In this document: piece by piece, positions 1 to 15,804 of the stretch
Layout: each line of letters starts with the position of its first letter
How positions within the stretch are numbered: the stretch's first letter is position 1
Assembly (NCBI RefSeq): GCF_009914755.1
Contig: NC_060934.1
Strand: one strand, 5' to 3'
Length of the DNA stretch: 64,000 nucleotides
DNA from: the human T2T-CHM13v2.0 reference genome, Homo sapiens
Made by a program: the position numbers and the translations under genes
The notes under the pieces: model-generated
Seen by the model: the letters and a program-made list of their open reading frames with translations, nothing else
What the model was told of the DNA's origin: nothing
Databases searched by the model: none

Positions 1-116
1 ACATGAGAAAGGGTGATTATGACCAAGCTACGGGCACCTTGGAGGGTAAAGTTTTGCCCACTTTTGCAGAAAAATATGAGACAATCACTAACAGTCTAGT
101 TAAGATATGCTATGTG

Positions 117-394
117 GGCCAGGCATGGTGGCTCACACCTGTAATCCTAGCACTTTGGGAGGCAAAGGCAGGTGGATCACCTGAGGGCAGGAGTTCAAGA
201 CCAGCCTGGCCAACATGGCGAAACCCTGTGTCTACTAAAAAATACAAATATTAGCTGGGCATGGTGACACACGCCTGTAATCCCAGCTACTTGGGAGGCT
301 GAGGCCGGAGAATCGCTTGAACCCGGGAGGCGGCGGTTCGTGCCACTGCACTCCAGCCTGGATGACATAGCAAGACTTCATCTCAAAAAAAAAA
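117..394 (+). mobile_element. Alu (S-type) with a small right-arm deletion
   Basis: GGCCAGGCATGGTGGCTCAC...poly(A); TSD-like tatgctatgt on both sides. Confidence 0.95.
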
Positions 395-618
395 GGTATG
401 CTATGTAACACTACACCTTTCCCACCTACATCCAGGAACCCTCTTTGATTTTAACCATAACAATTTTATCACCTTCTCATATGCATCATTACTCATTTAC
501 TATGCTTATTGTTTATGTCCTTTCCTAGGGTGTTCCATATGAACAAAACTTTATTCTTGTTCACTAAATTTCAACATCAGGGTAGCTGAAAACAAAGCCT
601 GGCACATAGTAGGCACTC

Positions 619-917
619 TTTTTTTTTTAATTTTATTATTATTATACTTTAAGTTTTAGGGGTACATGTGCACAACGTGCAGGTTTGTTACATATGTATA
701 CATGTGCCATGTTGGTGTGCTGCACCCATTAACTTGTCATTTAGCATTAGGTGTATCTCCTAATGCTATCCCTCCCCCCTCCCCCCACCCCACAACAGTC
801 CCCGGTGTGTTCTCATTGTTCAGTTCCCACCTATGAGTGAGAACATGTGGTGTTTGGTTTTTTGTCCTTGCGATAGTTTGCTGAGAATGATGGTTTCCAG
901 CTTCATCCATGTCCCTA
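619..917 (-). mobile_element. L1PA 3' end (5'-truncated)
   Basis: Poly-T then TTATTATACTTTAAGTTTTAGGG..TACATGTGCACAACGTGCAGG, the antisense primate L1 3'UTR. Confidence 0.95.
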
Positions 918-922
918 ATCCT

Positions 923-1096
923 GTAGCTGGGATTACAGGCACCCACTGCCGTGCCTGGCTAATTTTTTGTATTTTTAGTAGAGACAGGGTTTCATCATGT
1001 TTGCCAGGCTGGCTTTGAACTCCTGGCCTCAAGTGATCCGCCAGCCTCGGCCTCCCAAAGTGCTGGAATTACAAGAGTGAGCCACTGCGCCCGACC
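923..1096 (-). mobile_element. Alu 5' part only, abutting the L1PA
   Basis: GTAGCTGGGATTACAGG...GAGCCACTGCGCCCGACC; no 3' end or tail. Confidence 0.9.
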
Positions 1097-4000
1097 TAGA
1101 ATGACTATTAACTGAAGAATATGGGACTGAGAGCAAACAATGAGGTGGATAATTTTATTCACCAGAAACTTTCTAAAAAGAGAAGAGCCACAGTGTCCAG
1201 TGGGTTTTATGAACTTTGCTTCATGGATCATGAGGAAGGACCAGGGGTCCTAGAGCTACTCGGTTTTAAATCCATCTTCCAGTGGCCCATGTTGTTAGAG
1301 AGCAAGGCCCAGAGGTGAGTTACAGCTGAGCACTAGGGCAATGTGTCCTATGAAGAGGAAAGAGGACATAATAGGGAGAGCTCAGCAAGGATGAGGGAAA
1401 GTGGGAAGTGTTTTTAACAGCTGCTAAAAGTATGGAACTTAGAAGACAAAGAATTATGCCCCAAGAAGACTTCTGGGATGTTTTTTGTGGTACACAATAT
1501 GAAATCCCTGGGTATTCCAGCTTTAAGGAAACCTACATGAAAGGTTGACATTGTTTCAAAGCTTCTAGCATTCAATTTGTGTTCCTTTGAGTGTGATGTC
1601 ATGCTTATACTGAGATACATGCTTATACTGGGACCGCCAGATTTATTAGGGTTACACTGACCAGGTTTCTTTTTATTCTTTAATTTATTTGGGCCTCTCT
1701 TATTGCTGTTTCCCACCAGTCACTAGACTTGTTATTCATTGTAACAGCATGTGATTCATATCTCAAATGTATTGCAGTTTCCCATATGACATCTTATCTT
1801 ACATTATTTGCATATTGTATTACATTATCTCTTCTCTTATATATTAGAGAAGTGACTGGAGTTATTTTTATTTCCTCTGCAGAGTGCTATAGTTCGAGAT
1901 CATGTCTTAGAGTTGGTTACTTCTGAGAAGAGTTCTTATATTTGGCTAATTCCACTGTACATATATTATCAGTATCTAGAAATTTCGGTTGGCCTCTTTC
2001 ATCAAGCCACATTCTGATTCAATTTTCAGGAAACTTAGGCAGTTTCTAAACTATTCAGAAAGCTGGAGGGGGAGGCCATCTAGGGTAGATTTAAGCATCA
2101 ACCTGATTTTAATTTTTTTTTAATATGAGCTTAGATAGAACCAAATATAATTTAATAGTCTCCATTTTTTGTTACAGAAGATTTTTGGTAATTTGGTCCA
2201 AAAGATGTATTAAAATGCTTAGAGTCAACCAGGACCAACCTGGTTTCCATTTTTCTGTCCCATGTCCTCATTGGTTTAGTAATTTGGCCAGAGAGCATGG
2301 CCTGATTTTTTGATCAGAAGATATAGTCACCATACTCATGGAGGAAGGAATCAGGGACTGTGGGTTACCTGGTATAGAAGGACATAGTGAAGGAAAAGAT
2401 AGAGAGGTTTGGAGTTTAAAGGATAAGGGATGTCGTTTTTGTTAGTTTTTAAGGAAAAAGGAAACTGAACATTTGGGTATGCAAAGAAGTCAGTAGAAAG
2501 TGAGGGATTAAAGGTGGAGATAACCACTGAAGCAAGTTCTGGAGGAGACAAAGGTAGATTTAATCACAAACCTGGGTGGGCCTTGGAGAGGAGGAAACAC
2601 ATGCCATTCTCAGGGAAGCAGAAGATGGAAGAAATATAAGGTATCTGAATTGAAGGAGTTTCTGACATGACCTACACTGTCTCAGCATAGTTAAGAAACA
2701 GTCGAATGACTGTGAGGAAAGCAAACGCAGGTTTGGGAATGTGAGAAGAATAGAAAAGAGGATAGTGAGTTGTTTAGGAAAAAATAAATAAGTTTGTGTC
2801 AACTTTGAGTCACCCTGAGGGCCTAGCTGAAGTTAGATAATAGGAATTAGCACCCGCCCCATCACTAAGTAGCATAATTGTCAGTGTCATCATACAGCAG
2901 CCCAGAAGCCAAGGAATGGATGGTTTGAGTCTGCCCAGCACTGGGGATTGGGACATGCCTGTGATGGAAAGTCAAGCTGTCTTCTTAGGGAATCTCTGGC
3001 TGGTGAGTGCCATCTAAAATGCTTATCGTAGCACCAGACGAAGGCCAAGGAACTAGAAGTTTGCTGAGGACAGAGAAATTTTGTTAGACAGAATAAAAGG
3101 GAAGAAAGAAGTCAAATTCAGGGATGATGACTTCAGAGTTTAATAATACAGACATGAAGCAGTTTGGAGTGATAATTCCAAAGTTTTCTGCAATGGAGAT
3201 TTAGAAAAGAGTCAGAGAATACTGAGGTCTGAATGTGAAGGAAGTCATCCTTACGAACTTTGCTGTTACCCAGTGTCCAGGCTGGATGACAGGTATTTCC
3301 AGGAAGAGAATGAGTGACATGAATATGTGACATTTCCCCAACTCAGGTGACCACAAAACTGTTTTTCTTGTAAATGCCAGTATTCCAGAGATCATTCTTT
3401 GGAAAACTCTGTTCTAGGGCTCATCAGAGACTTTCCGTTTGTTGAATGAATGAATTACAGGTAAGAAGTTAAGAGGCAGCCTGGGACAGTGTCAAAATAA
3501 AGAGAAGGCAAGTATGTGGCTCTAATTACAGAAATCATTTTGAGCCTAGGCATCCCCTACTCTGGTACTTCCATCTCATGAACTGCCACCTTCTCTCCTG
3601 CATCCCTCTGTCACCTTCTTGCTACCAGTTGTGGGCCAGGCAGTTAAGATTTATTTATTTAGATACATCTCCTTATTACCTATTCCTTTCTTATGTTTGT
3701 AGATGGTTCTGTTCTTGCAAACTCCCAAATAGATATCAGTGAAATCAAAGCCACTCTTTGAGGGTGACAGGTTGGCAGAGAATACCATGACATTTTGAAA
3801 CCTTTTGTCCAGAGAGTCCTTGGGTCCCCAGGTGTCCTGCCTATTTACACATAATATGCATATACATATTCTTCACCACACAGCCTTCTTTCCTCTTCCA
3901 TTTAAGTTGGCTATGCTTATACCTACCCTCATTTCATGTCATTCTGATGGTAGTTAGCAAAGGAGGATAAGGAAGCAAATGGTATTTTACAAAGTATCAT

Positions 4001-4258
4001 AGTAAACTGGTTGGGGAATTATGTGCTAGATTAATGCTGCTGCTGAAAATGGAAAACCAACCCTACCACCACCACCACCGCCACTCCACCCCCACCTCAT
4101 TAGGTGACTAGAAGACAAATAGGACAGATATCAGAAAGGTCTTTGTAAAAAGAAAAATAGTACAGAACTCTTCACTAAGCAGAGGATTTGGTTAAAGAAC
4201 ATACAAGATTTGGAATGGCTCTCAAGTAAATATCTGTTGCAGGGGACACCAGATTTGA

Positions 4259-4648
<390 letters not shown>

Positions 4649-5654
4649 TAAGTGATTTTCAAGCATACCTCCCCTTCTAGGTTTGTCTGTTCCTGATGTG
4701 TTCATTTCATTCTGTCTTGCCACTTCCATGATGGCTGTTTTTCTTTCCAGGCAAAGAGACAGACATCACATTGCAATCCTTCCTCTCACTGTACCCCAAC
4801 TTGCCCTTAAGCCTAATTGATCTCAACTCCATTCTATTGCATTACCCAGTCCACCAATCCTAGTCCCTTTGGGCACCCAGAATGCCAATCTCCAACCCCT
4901 TCCTCTCCCCTACCAACCCCTCATTCCCAAAGGTGCTTTTAAAACCACATGTCTCAATTTTGAGTTTTGACAGCATGATCCCTGACCACATTCGTATAAC
5001 CAACCCCCTGACCCCCTTCCATTATTAGGACTCCCTCAGCAGAAACACCTAGGTCACCAGAGAAGGCAGGAAACGTGGGGCAATTCATTGAGGGGCAGTG
5101 AATCACCTCGGTTCTCTCTCTGCATCCCCTGAAGATCCTCAGCCCCAGAATATCAATCCAAAGCCTCTGAGACCACATTAGAAGCCAGTTCTGAAGAAGA
5201 CAGGTGTGACTGGAGTCTGGGAATACTTAGGACAAAGCCATTGCGTGGGGGTCTAGGGACTCACTGGGAGATCAAGAGCCACTGGCTGACATCCCTGTGG
5301 CCCTGGGATAGGGAGGAGCGTCAGGAAAGAGCAGGGAGTCTCCATGCAGTACTGGGGTTGGGCGGACTGCACTCTTGGGCTTAAAAGGCACTTTCTCTTA
5401 GTAATGTAACCCACACCCAGAGTTTTCTATTCTACATTTTATGTTTTAGATTTAATTTCTTTTGTTTTGTGTATTCAATCACAAAATTTTAATTGGTATG
5501 TTTGTTGGTTGTTAGTTGGCTGAACACAGAGTAGTTGCCTATTTTGGTCATTTAGTAAACTCTACCTAAATGCTAACAGGATATTCCTATTCTGAGTCAT
5601 ATATATCTCTGATTGTCTGAGGATCTGTCATCCTGTGTTACATAAACACTTTCT

Positions 5655-5950
5655 GGCAAGGTGCGGTGGCTCATGCCTGTAATCCCAGTGCTTTAGGAGG
5701 GTGAGACAGGAGGATCGCTTGAGGCCAGGAGTTCAAGACCAGACTGGGCAAAATAGCAAGACCTTGTCAGTACAAATTTAAAAATTAGCTGGGCATGGTG
5801 GTGCACACCTGCAGTCCCAGCTACTGTGGAGGCTGAGACCCTCTAAGGATCCCTTAGCCCAGAAGTTTAGAGGCTTCAGTGAGCTAGGATCACGTCATTA
5901 TACTCCAGCCTGGGTGACAGAGTGAGACACCATCTTTAGAAAAAAACACA
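5655..5950 (+). mobile_element. Alu (J-type)
   Basis: Dimeric Alu with TSD aaacactttct. Confidence 0.95.
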
Positions 5951-7309
5951 AAACACTTTCTAACTGTAGCTCACTTTGCAGCCTCCATAGCTTGCCAATC
6001 AAAATCCTGATGATGGTTGTAAATGTCAGTGACCATGATAAGGCCCATGAATACAACGAGTGTTAGAGGCTGAGCTCAAGCGGTTCTGTATCCAGACATG
6101 TCCTGAACACCAGTCTATCTGGCACTGTTGTGCTAACCATTTTATATGTACCACTTACTTGCTCCTTACAACAACCTTGGGAGACAGATATTGTCATTAG
6201 CCCTATCTTATCAATGAGAAACTGAAGTATGTGGAGATGAAGTTATTTTCCCAAGATTACACAAGTGGTAGGTGGCAATTTTGGTTTAAGCCCACAAAGT
6301 CAGGCCCTGGGCTTTGAATAACTATAGGATGCTGCTTCCCACCTGCAGCAGGATTGCACTGGGGGGTGGTGCCTGCTAAAACTGCAGATTCCTGGTCCCA
6401 CCCCCAAACTGAGTAAGACAGAATCTCTGGGAGTCCACATGAGAGCTTGCAAATGTCACTGCCCCAAAGTTGTTTTTAAAAATAAAACTCCTGATGTTCT
6501 TGATTTTCCTTACTGATAAAAATGGGATGGAAAAATGAAAGTTCCAGTAAACTGAGTGATTTTATTAGTGGATTTCACTGTATTTCATGAATTATTTTAA
6601 ACTTCCAGATCTACCCACTCTCACATCCTTAGGACCCTATCTTGTCTTTATTTTTAAATTTCGACCTGAACTTAAAAGTGAATTGCCAAAACTTTTAAAA
6701 TCTAATTTTAAATTAAACTTGGATTTCTTCCATTCACTTCCATAACCTTGGGAATCAAAGACGAATCAGTGATTTCACTAATTCAGAGTTAGAGATGATA
6801 TGACCTACAGCTGGGTAGAGGCAGGCTTTGGACTATCTCTGAAAATAGTTTAGCTAAGCAACTTCAGAACGTAAACAAGATTTCTGGGAAAACACTTAAA
6901 CTACTTAAGAGAACAGTCTGTTTCAAGTATTCTCAAGCATCTGTTTTCATACAAATTATGGGTATGCTGATTAAAAATCAGTCTTACATAGTCAGATCCC
7001 AAATGATCTCTACTGGACACGACTGGAATAGCTAAATTCTAGTTCTTTTGTATACCTTAAAGTAGAAAAGTTCCATTACATCAAAAGAGAATTTTCAAAT
7101 TCAGATTTTTCACCTATTTTGAGTGACCTTGCCTTGAAATTAGCATGGCTTTATATACTGTAAAGAAAAGGAAGAAATGGAGTTTGCATTTATTTAATAG
7201 ATGCTCTGGACTGGACATTTTCACATTTCTTAAAATCTCATTCAGTTCTTATGACAGTTGTCATCAACCCTGTCTTGCAGATGAGGAAAGTGAAGCTTAG
7301 GCAACAAAA

Positions 7310-8172
7310 TAAATAATGACAGTGTTGGATTATGGCCCATAGAGTAAAATAAATATTTTTTAATCCATACCGATATAAATACATCAGTGTGGTGGGGTTG
7401 GGGAGTAGGGACAGCACTTACTTATAGAAAAATTTCAATTAATAAATGTAGAAAGAATGAGAAAAATAGAAAATCATCATTAGAATACTACAGTAATAAC
7501 TGTTGCAGGCAAGAACTACTGATGAATTCTAAAATTATTGGGCAAAAGTAAGTTTGATGAGAAATAGGACATTTGCAAATAGTCTCAAAGCATCTCTCCA
7601 CAAGGTATTTATTAATACAAAGGGGAAAATAGAACAGTGGAGAAACCCGGTAGACACTGGCTTGACCAAGTGATCAAGGCTAACATGATTAGTAATGAGA
7701 CATATCAACATATGCCTCCTGATATGATGCCCTGAGAAAGGCAGGACTTCATCTCTATAGTGTTCTTGCCAAAAACACACCACATAAATCTAGCAATGAA
7801 AAAAAATATCAGGCAACTCTAAATTGAAGGACATTCTACTCTTCAAAAGCATCAAGGTCATAAAAGGTAAGAAAAAATTGAGGAACTGTTAAAGGCTAGA
7901 GGAGACCAGGAGACATGACGACTAAATGCAGTGTGGGATCCTAGTGGACCATGGACTAGAAAAAGACATTAATGGAAAAACTGGAGAAACTCTGAGGCTC
8001 ATAGTTTAGTTAGTATGATTGTATCAATGTTAATTTCCTGGTTTTGACAATTGTGCTATGATTATGAAAGATGCTAACATTAGAGGAAGCTGAGTGAAGG
8101 GTGTACAAGAACTCTCCGTACTGTCTTTTGCAACTTTTCTGTAAATCTAAAATTACTTCAAAATAAAAAAAA
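7310..8172 (+). mobile_element. Old L1M (L1MC/ME-like) 3' region
   Basis: Ends CTGTAAATCTAAAATTACTTCAAAATAAAAA, typical of an L1MC 3' end; boundaries approximate. Confidence 0.75.
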
Positions 8173-8510
8173 ATTGTAAGCAGTGAGCTCAGAGAGATTG
8201 AGTCACTTGTCTAAGTAGCTGAGTGGATATCAGAATCCAGATCTTTCTTCAAAGTCTATCTCTTCTCACCCAGCTGCTTCTCTCTTGTTAAATTATCAGG
8301 TTCAAGTCTGTAGTAAAACCTGACTTGCTAATTGAGAATTTCATTAGCCTTGGGTCTCCTTTCCCTCTTCCCTCCCTCTCTTTCTATTTCTTTTCAAAAT
8401 CTCCTGTGTGTCTATCTTTTTTCTACTTCTCTTTCTGATTTTTATCCAGTTTCCCATTATCTAGGTTCCTGCCATTACTCCCTCATTCATTCATTCATTC
8501 ACTCAAGAGA

Positions 8511-9205
8511 TTTATTTATTTCAATTTTTTAGTTTTAATTTTTGTGGGTACATAGTAGGTGTATATATTTATGGGATAGAGAGGATATTTTGGTACAGGC
8601 ATACAATGTGTTATTACATCAGAGTAAATAGGGTATCCATCATCTCAAGTACTGATCCGTTGTATTAAAAACAATCCAATTACACTCCTTTTGTTACTTT
8701 TAAATGTACAATTAAATTATTATTGACTATATCACTCTTTTGTGCTATCAAATACTAGATCTTACATTTTTTTCTGACTATTGTATGTACCCATTAACTG
8801 TCCCCACTTCCTCCCTCACTCCCCTCTACTACCTTTCTCACCCTGTAGTAACCATCCTTCTACTTTCTGTCTCCATGAGTTCAATTGTTTTAATTTTTAG
8901 CTCCCACAAATAAGTGAGAACACACAGAGGTTATCTTTCTGTGCCTTGCTTATTTCACTTAACATAATGACCTTCAATTCAATTCATGTTGTTGCAAATT
9001 ACAAGATCTTATTCTTTTTTATGGCTGAATTATATATATGTGCTACATTTTCTTATCTATTCATCTTGTTGATGGACACTTAGGTTGCTTCCAAATCTTG
9101 GCTATTGTGAATAGTGCTGAAATAAACATGGGAGTGCAGATATCTCTTCAATAGATTGGTTTTCTTTCTTTGGGGTATATACCTAGAAGTGGGGTTGCGA
9201 GATCA
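8511..9205 (-). mobile_element. L1MA-like 3' region
   Basis: TTTTAATTTTTGTGGGTACATAGTAGGTGTATATATTTATGGG... antisense L1 3'UTR. Confidence 0.85.
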
Positions 9206-9222
9206 CTGAAGACATACTTATT

Positions 9223-9511
9223 GGCTGGGCATAGCAGCTCATACCTATAATCCTAGCAATTTGGGAGCCTGAGGCAGGCAGATGGCCTGAGCCCAGGAGT
9301 TTGAGACCAGCCTGGGGAACATAGCAAAACCTCATCTCCACAAAAAGTACAAAAAATTAGCCAGGCATGGTGGTGCATGCCTGTGGTCTCAGCTACTTGG
9401 GAGGCTGAGGTGGGAGGATTGCCTGATCCTGGGAGGTCGAGGCTGCAGTGAGCCAAGATCGTACTACTGCACTTCAGCCTGAGCAACAGAGTAAGTCCCT
9501 GTCTCAAAAAA
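9223..9511 (+). mobile_element. Alu (J-type)
   Basis: Dimeric Alu consensus match. Confidence 0.95.
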
Positions 9512-12500
9512 CAGACACATTGAGCACCTACTGTTCTCTCGTCTTCTCTTTTTTTCCATTGGCATGTCAAACATATTTTTTAAAAATAAGAAATTAGCAG
9601 TATATGGTGAAAATTGATGTTATAAGCCCATACTTTGATTCTGCCAAAATTGGATACACAAAATAAATGCACTTTCCTCAGTGGAAAGATGTATATTCCT
9701 TGGAATGTTATAGTATCTTAAAGACAAGAAAGAGAATATTAGCTCCATTGCCGGTGCTAGTCACTTGGGGTGGGGGGAAGTGAATGCATTTACTCGTGCA
9801 TCCATTCAGTTAATCCAGGACTTCTTAGAAGCAGTGTACTGTGGTAGATATGCACTAAGGAAAGTAAATAGCAGTCTGCCAGAAGCTATGAGACATGGAC
9901 ACAAATATCTACCAAAAAAGGCAGAAAGTAAGTGCAGTGAGAGTGGCACCAACAGAGAAGGCTGGGGTGTCCAGGTGGGTGACAAGAGCTCATTCTGCTG
10001 AGCCCTCGAGTCTGGGGCTGGGTCTTGAGAGATGGGAGGAATAGAGGGGGAAGTTCATGGAAATGGAAGGCAGTCCAGACAAGAAGACAATCAGACAGTT
10101 TTTGTCATGAGCAAGACTCATGGTTTAGGGAGGCAGCTTGTTCCAGATTGCCCCCAGAACCACGCTTATGAGCTAGAAGTTTCTATATTCTAACAACTCT
10201 CTACACAATGACTTAACTGTAATGTGAGAAAAAGGAAGAAAATTCCTAATACTTTTTGGGCAGTTTTGCATAATGTTTATTCTTAGGAAAGCATGGTTAA
10301 AATGCAACTCAAAGTACGACCATGAAATTACTGAAAAGGTTCAGCTTACATTAATGAAGGCCTGGAGATAAATCATTTAAAATCAGTTTGGATTGTGGCT
10401 TGGAAGCAGTGTTTCCTCCCCATTCCCCCTTCTCATGCCCTATTAGACTGTGATGCACACACTAGAGAAACTTCTTAAAGGCAGTCTCTCTTTATCCTTG
10501 AAAAGAAACAGAAGCACAAGGAGGGGTCAGTCCTCAGGCAGAGCTAGTCAAGATTTGTGTTGAACGTAGGCTTCATCCTGCTTTGCTTAGTTTGAGAGAC
10601 AGGTCTTCCCGAACTTTCTTAATCTGGACACCTCTCTGTAGTCATATTCCTGATCTGAAGCTCTTAGAAGCCAGTGTTCTTTCTCTCTCCTTTCAGGTGG
10701 AGCAGCCTCACTTCTTGACCACCCACGAAATCTCTCACTTTGACAGTCTCAAATCATATTGTTCTTTTTTCCTATCCTTCATCTTCCTGCATCTAGCTTA
10801 TACCTCTAGCCCACATTCCTTATGACCTTACTTTTAAAAAATTCCTCCTAAAATAAATTCCCAAGCCCTTTATCTTTTCTAGAGGAAATGCAGAGGCATT
10901 TTTATAGACAATTTTACCAAAAAGATTACATACTTTAGTGCATGCAGGTGAAAAGAGAGGAGAGGCAAATCGAGATTGCAGGGCATCCTTCCTCCCTTCA
11001 CTACCTCTCCCCTCTTTCCTGAGAAGCACTTTGGTGGAACGTGGAGTGAGGGGGAGGATCTTGGCATCACAGTTCTGAGTTGCTAGTTCTCAAACTTCAT
11101 GTCTCCTTAATATGTCCTTTGCTCTTGTTGTGTTGTTCACCAATGATGATTTTGGGGGTTGGAACCCTTCATTGCATCTATAGCTGGTCCTTGGGATCGA
11201 TCACACAAGCAAATTTTTGACTTCATAACCTGTCACCACCCACACCACTTCCAGGCACTCTTTTGTGTAACAGACAGTTGATATCTCTGGCTGGAAAGTG
11301 ATTTTCAAGGGGCCATAAGCAGGTTCACTTTTTTCTATGTCCTAAGAGGGCAGTTTTTGCTTGTTGGGTGGTTCTTGGCAACACCATTCAGCAGGGCTTC
11401 TCTTTCAGACCAGCTGGTCTGAGGGTAGGTCATGAGTCCTAGATTGAGACCCCCAGTTCTATTGAGACCCCAGCAGCTTCTACAAGGCCTCCATGTGGCT
11501 CTGCCCTGGGTGTCTTTTCCCCTCCCCAATTCTGTGTGGTCAACCTGAGCATTCATCAGCTAGCTTCCCTGAGCCATGCAATCTTGGGCAGCCCAAAGTG
11601 ACAATCAGTTGTTGCTTGTTCCTTCTGTCCAGTAGGTTTCACCAGATGTCAGTTCAACAGTTTAAAGGCCATCCTCTCTGTAAAGAATGCCAAGATGCAG
11701 CTTAACTTCCTGGTAAAGAGTAGTAAGAATAAATAAACCATCTGGTCAAAGAAGAGCCGTTTGAGCTTTCAGCCAGAATTCCTTATATACTTCATAGCAA
11801 TGATGATCGCTTTGGCAGATTCCAGCATCTAAAAGCCTGTCTGGTCATAGCTATGGAAAGACCATTTCAGCACAGTAAGCAGAAAGCATAGCATATTATA
11901 ACGATGTGAGGCAGTGTCATGTCCAAATAGGTTCTTTCACTTGAAATGTTTTAGAAAAAATATTGGTTTTTGAATTTGTATATTGAACCATGTTTAGAAA
12001 CGTCTCAATCAAAGTTTTCCCCCTCTTTTATAAAAGCAGACAGCAGAGCAAATCATCTGTTCAGGGCTGCTTTACAAACTTCCTTCCTCAAATCTGAACA
12101 CTCACAGGATAAACTGCTGATAAAAACCCCCTCAGGGTAAGGGAAATTTCAGCTCACTTTGGAAAATCAAATTTTTCCTTGACAAAGCACATCTCCCCTC
12201 TCAGAGCAGATACTGTATTCTTTCCCTGGAACATTTCACAGCACATTCCAGGAGTAACAGATATTTTACTCCAGAAATTTCTTGACTAAAAAAAATACAG
12301 TAGGCAAATAAACTACAGAAACTCAGCTGTGCAGGGCGGCATCCTAAGTGCAAGGTTAGCTGTAGATGGCACTTCCATCCTGAAGCTGATTGACAGCAAA
12401 TCATGTCTCATGGTTCCTGGCAGTCAGCACCCACACAGGGCTTTCCTCACCCAGAGTAACACGTAGGGCTGAGAAATAAGAGGGGCATGGAGGCTTGACA

Positions 12501-12600
12501 TCATTCAGGTGCAGCTCTGGAGTCAGGCTGCCTGGGTTCTGATCCACCATTCCCAGCTGTGCAACCTCAAGCCAGATACCTAACCCTTCATCTTTATCTT

Positions 12601-12931
12601 ATTTTTATTTTAGTTTAGTTTTTTTTTGTTTTTTGTTTTTTTTTTTTTTTTTTTGAGACAGGGTCTCTGTTGCCCAGGCTGGAGTACAGTGGCTGATCTT
12701 TGCTCAGTGCAGCCTCAGCCTCTCAGGCTCAAGCGATCCTCCCACCTCAGCCTCCCAAATAGTTGGGACTACAGGTGCACACCACCTCGCCTGGCTAATT
12801 TTTGTATTTTTAGTAGAGATGGGATTTCACTGTGTTGTCCAGGCTGGCCTCAAACTCCTGAGCTCCAGAGATCCACCTGCCTTGGCCTCCCAATGTGCTG
12901 GGATTTCAGACGTACGTCACCACACCCGGCC
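12601..12931 (-). mobile_element. Alu (J-type) inserted in a MIR
   Basis: Poly-T plus antisense Alu; MIR-like sequence on both sides. Confidence 0.93.
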
Positions 12932-13771
12932 TAATCTCTCATCTTTAAATGGGGCTAATAATATATCTACCCCAAATGCTTTATATGAGTATTCAGAGAA
13001 ATGACATGTTTAAAGCACTTATCAGGGACCAAAGACACAGTAGTGGTTTGATGTTAGTTCCCAAAAAAAAAAAAAACCACTAACATAACAGCATTATTAG
13101 AATAACTAATGATAATAAATTCCGTTTTTTATTATTATGATCACCCCCACTTAACAGGTGAGAAAACTGAGACACAGAGAGACTAAATGAATGACCTGTG
13201 GTTTCAGAGGTGACAGTTGAACCCAGTTGTTCTGGCTTCCAGAGCCAGCATTCTTGGCTCATCTGCTTGATACTTTTGAATCAAAAGCTGAGGGACCTTC
13301 TTTCCACCACTCGGTTCTCTTACTCTAAATGAAACCATTTTCCTCGCAATAGGATTCAGAATTTTTTTATGATTTCAATATGTGTAAAAATGTTGACCTG
13401 TTTGTTGATTTTAACCTATGTGCTGACTTCCTGATATTGTAAATGCAGCATCTCCTTTGAACTAGGAGATTGTGGCCCTTGAAATAGGGAGGACAACAGC
13501 ATCTCAATGTCTGAGAATATTAGAGCATGGGGGATAATTTATCATTTCCACAGCACCAGGCAGAAGGCAGATTTCAGATTTTTGGCTTTTCAAGTTCCCT
13601 TCTTGGCTCTGAGGTTTCCTTTGGTGTGAAATGCCTGAGAAAGATTGCCCCCAAAATCTAAAGGAGTTTATTTATATTCCTCTCTTGACCACATCATTTC
13701 TACTACATTTTTCCACCTCTCTGTCTGTTCATTCCTATTTTACATGAAACCCACACCCTTAGCGGTGATGG

Positions 13772-14117
13772 TGCTATGATTTGAATGTGTTTACTCCAAA
13801 ACTCAGGTGTTGCCACTGTGGTGGGATTAAGAGTTGGGACCTCTAAGAGGTGATTAGGCTGTGAGGGCTCCTCCATCGTCAATGGGATTAAGGCCCTTGT
13901 AAAAGAGACTTCATGCAGCATTCAGCTTACTTGCCCTTTCACCTTCTGCCATGTGAGGACACAGTGTCCCCTTCAGAGGATGCAGCTGTCACCAGACAAC
14001 TGAAATTGTTAGCACCTTGTGGAGCTCCCAGGCTCAGAACTATGAGAAAATAAATTTCCACTCTTTATACATTACACAGTGGTATTCTCTTATAGCAGCA
14101 CAAAATGGACTAAGACA
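13772..14117 (+). mobile_element. MaLR solo LTR (MST family)
   Basis: TGCTATGATTTGAATG...AAATGGACTAAGACA termini; 5-bp TSD-like gatgg/gatag. Confidence 0.85.
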
Positions 14118-14416
14118 GATAGCTTTGAAATTCAAAATCTTAAGTCCTACCTGTGCTCCCAGTTGGGGCAGCAGGAGGAGGCAGTGGGAAGGGGCTGCCT
14201 TGCACCTTGTCAGACAGGACTGGCACGCATGCACTCATTCTTCAACCATCTAATGTGACTTCCTTGAACAGTAGTTCTCACTGATCAGCGGAATGAAGAC
14301 AATGGGAATCAGAATATTTTTAAAATGTGCACGTATCCGTAGCCCACCCCCAAGAGATTCTGCCTCCGTGGATGCAAGGTGGGGCCCAGGCATTTATAAT
14401 TTTGAAAAGCTCCATG

Positions 14417-15070
<654 letters not shown>

Positions 15071-15353
15071 ACATAACTTCACGAGATAACGCTGATGCTA
15101 CCAACACACCAATAGTTGAGAATCACTGCTCTAGAACATCAGTCACAGCAGTACTCAAAGAGAACAAAGCTGTATCCCAAAGCAAATAGGAGGAAAATGT
15201 CTTCCTTCCTTTTCTTTCTGTTTTTTTTTTTTTTCATTTTTTGCTCATAGTACTGCCATGGAGGACTTCATTTTGAAACAGGAGGAAAATGGTTTCTATC
15301 TTTGGGGTCATCCATTAGTGCAGATACTTGAGAATTGTTCCACGTACATTTAA

Positions 15354-15804
<451 letters not shown>

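Noticed and set aside
1600-1630. 13-bp tandem duplication CATGCTTATACTG, and similar micro-duplications at ~29096 and 61412-61444
   Set aside because: Ordinary slippage-scale duplications with no further structure.
10670-10825. Strong polypyrimidine acceptor at ~10696 with an open frame
   Set aside because: No matching donor found, and the two PLCE1 exons already join seamlessly in frame.
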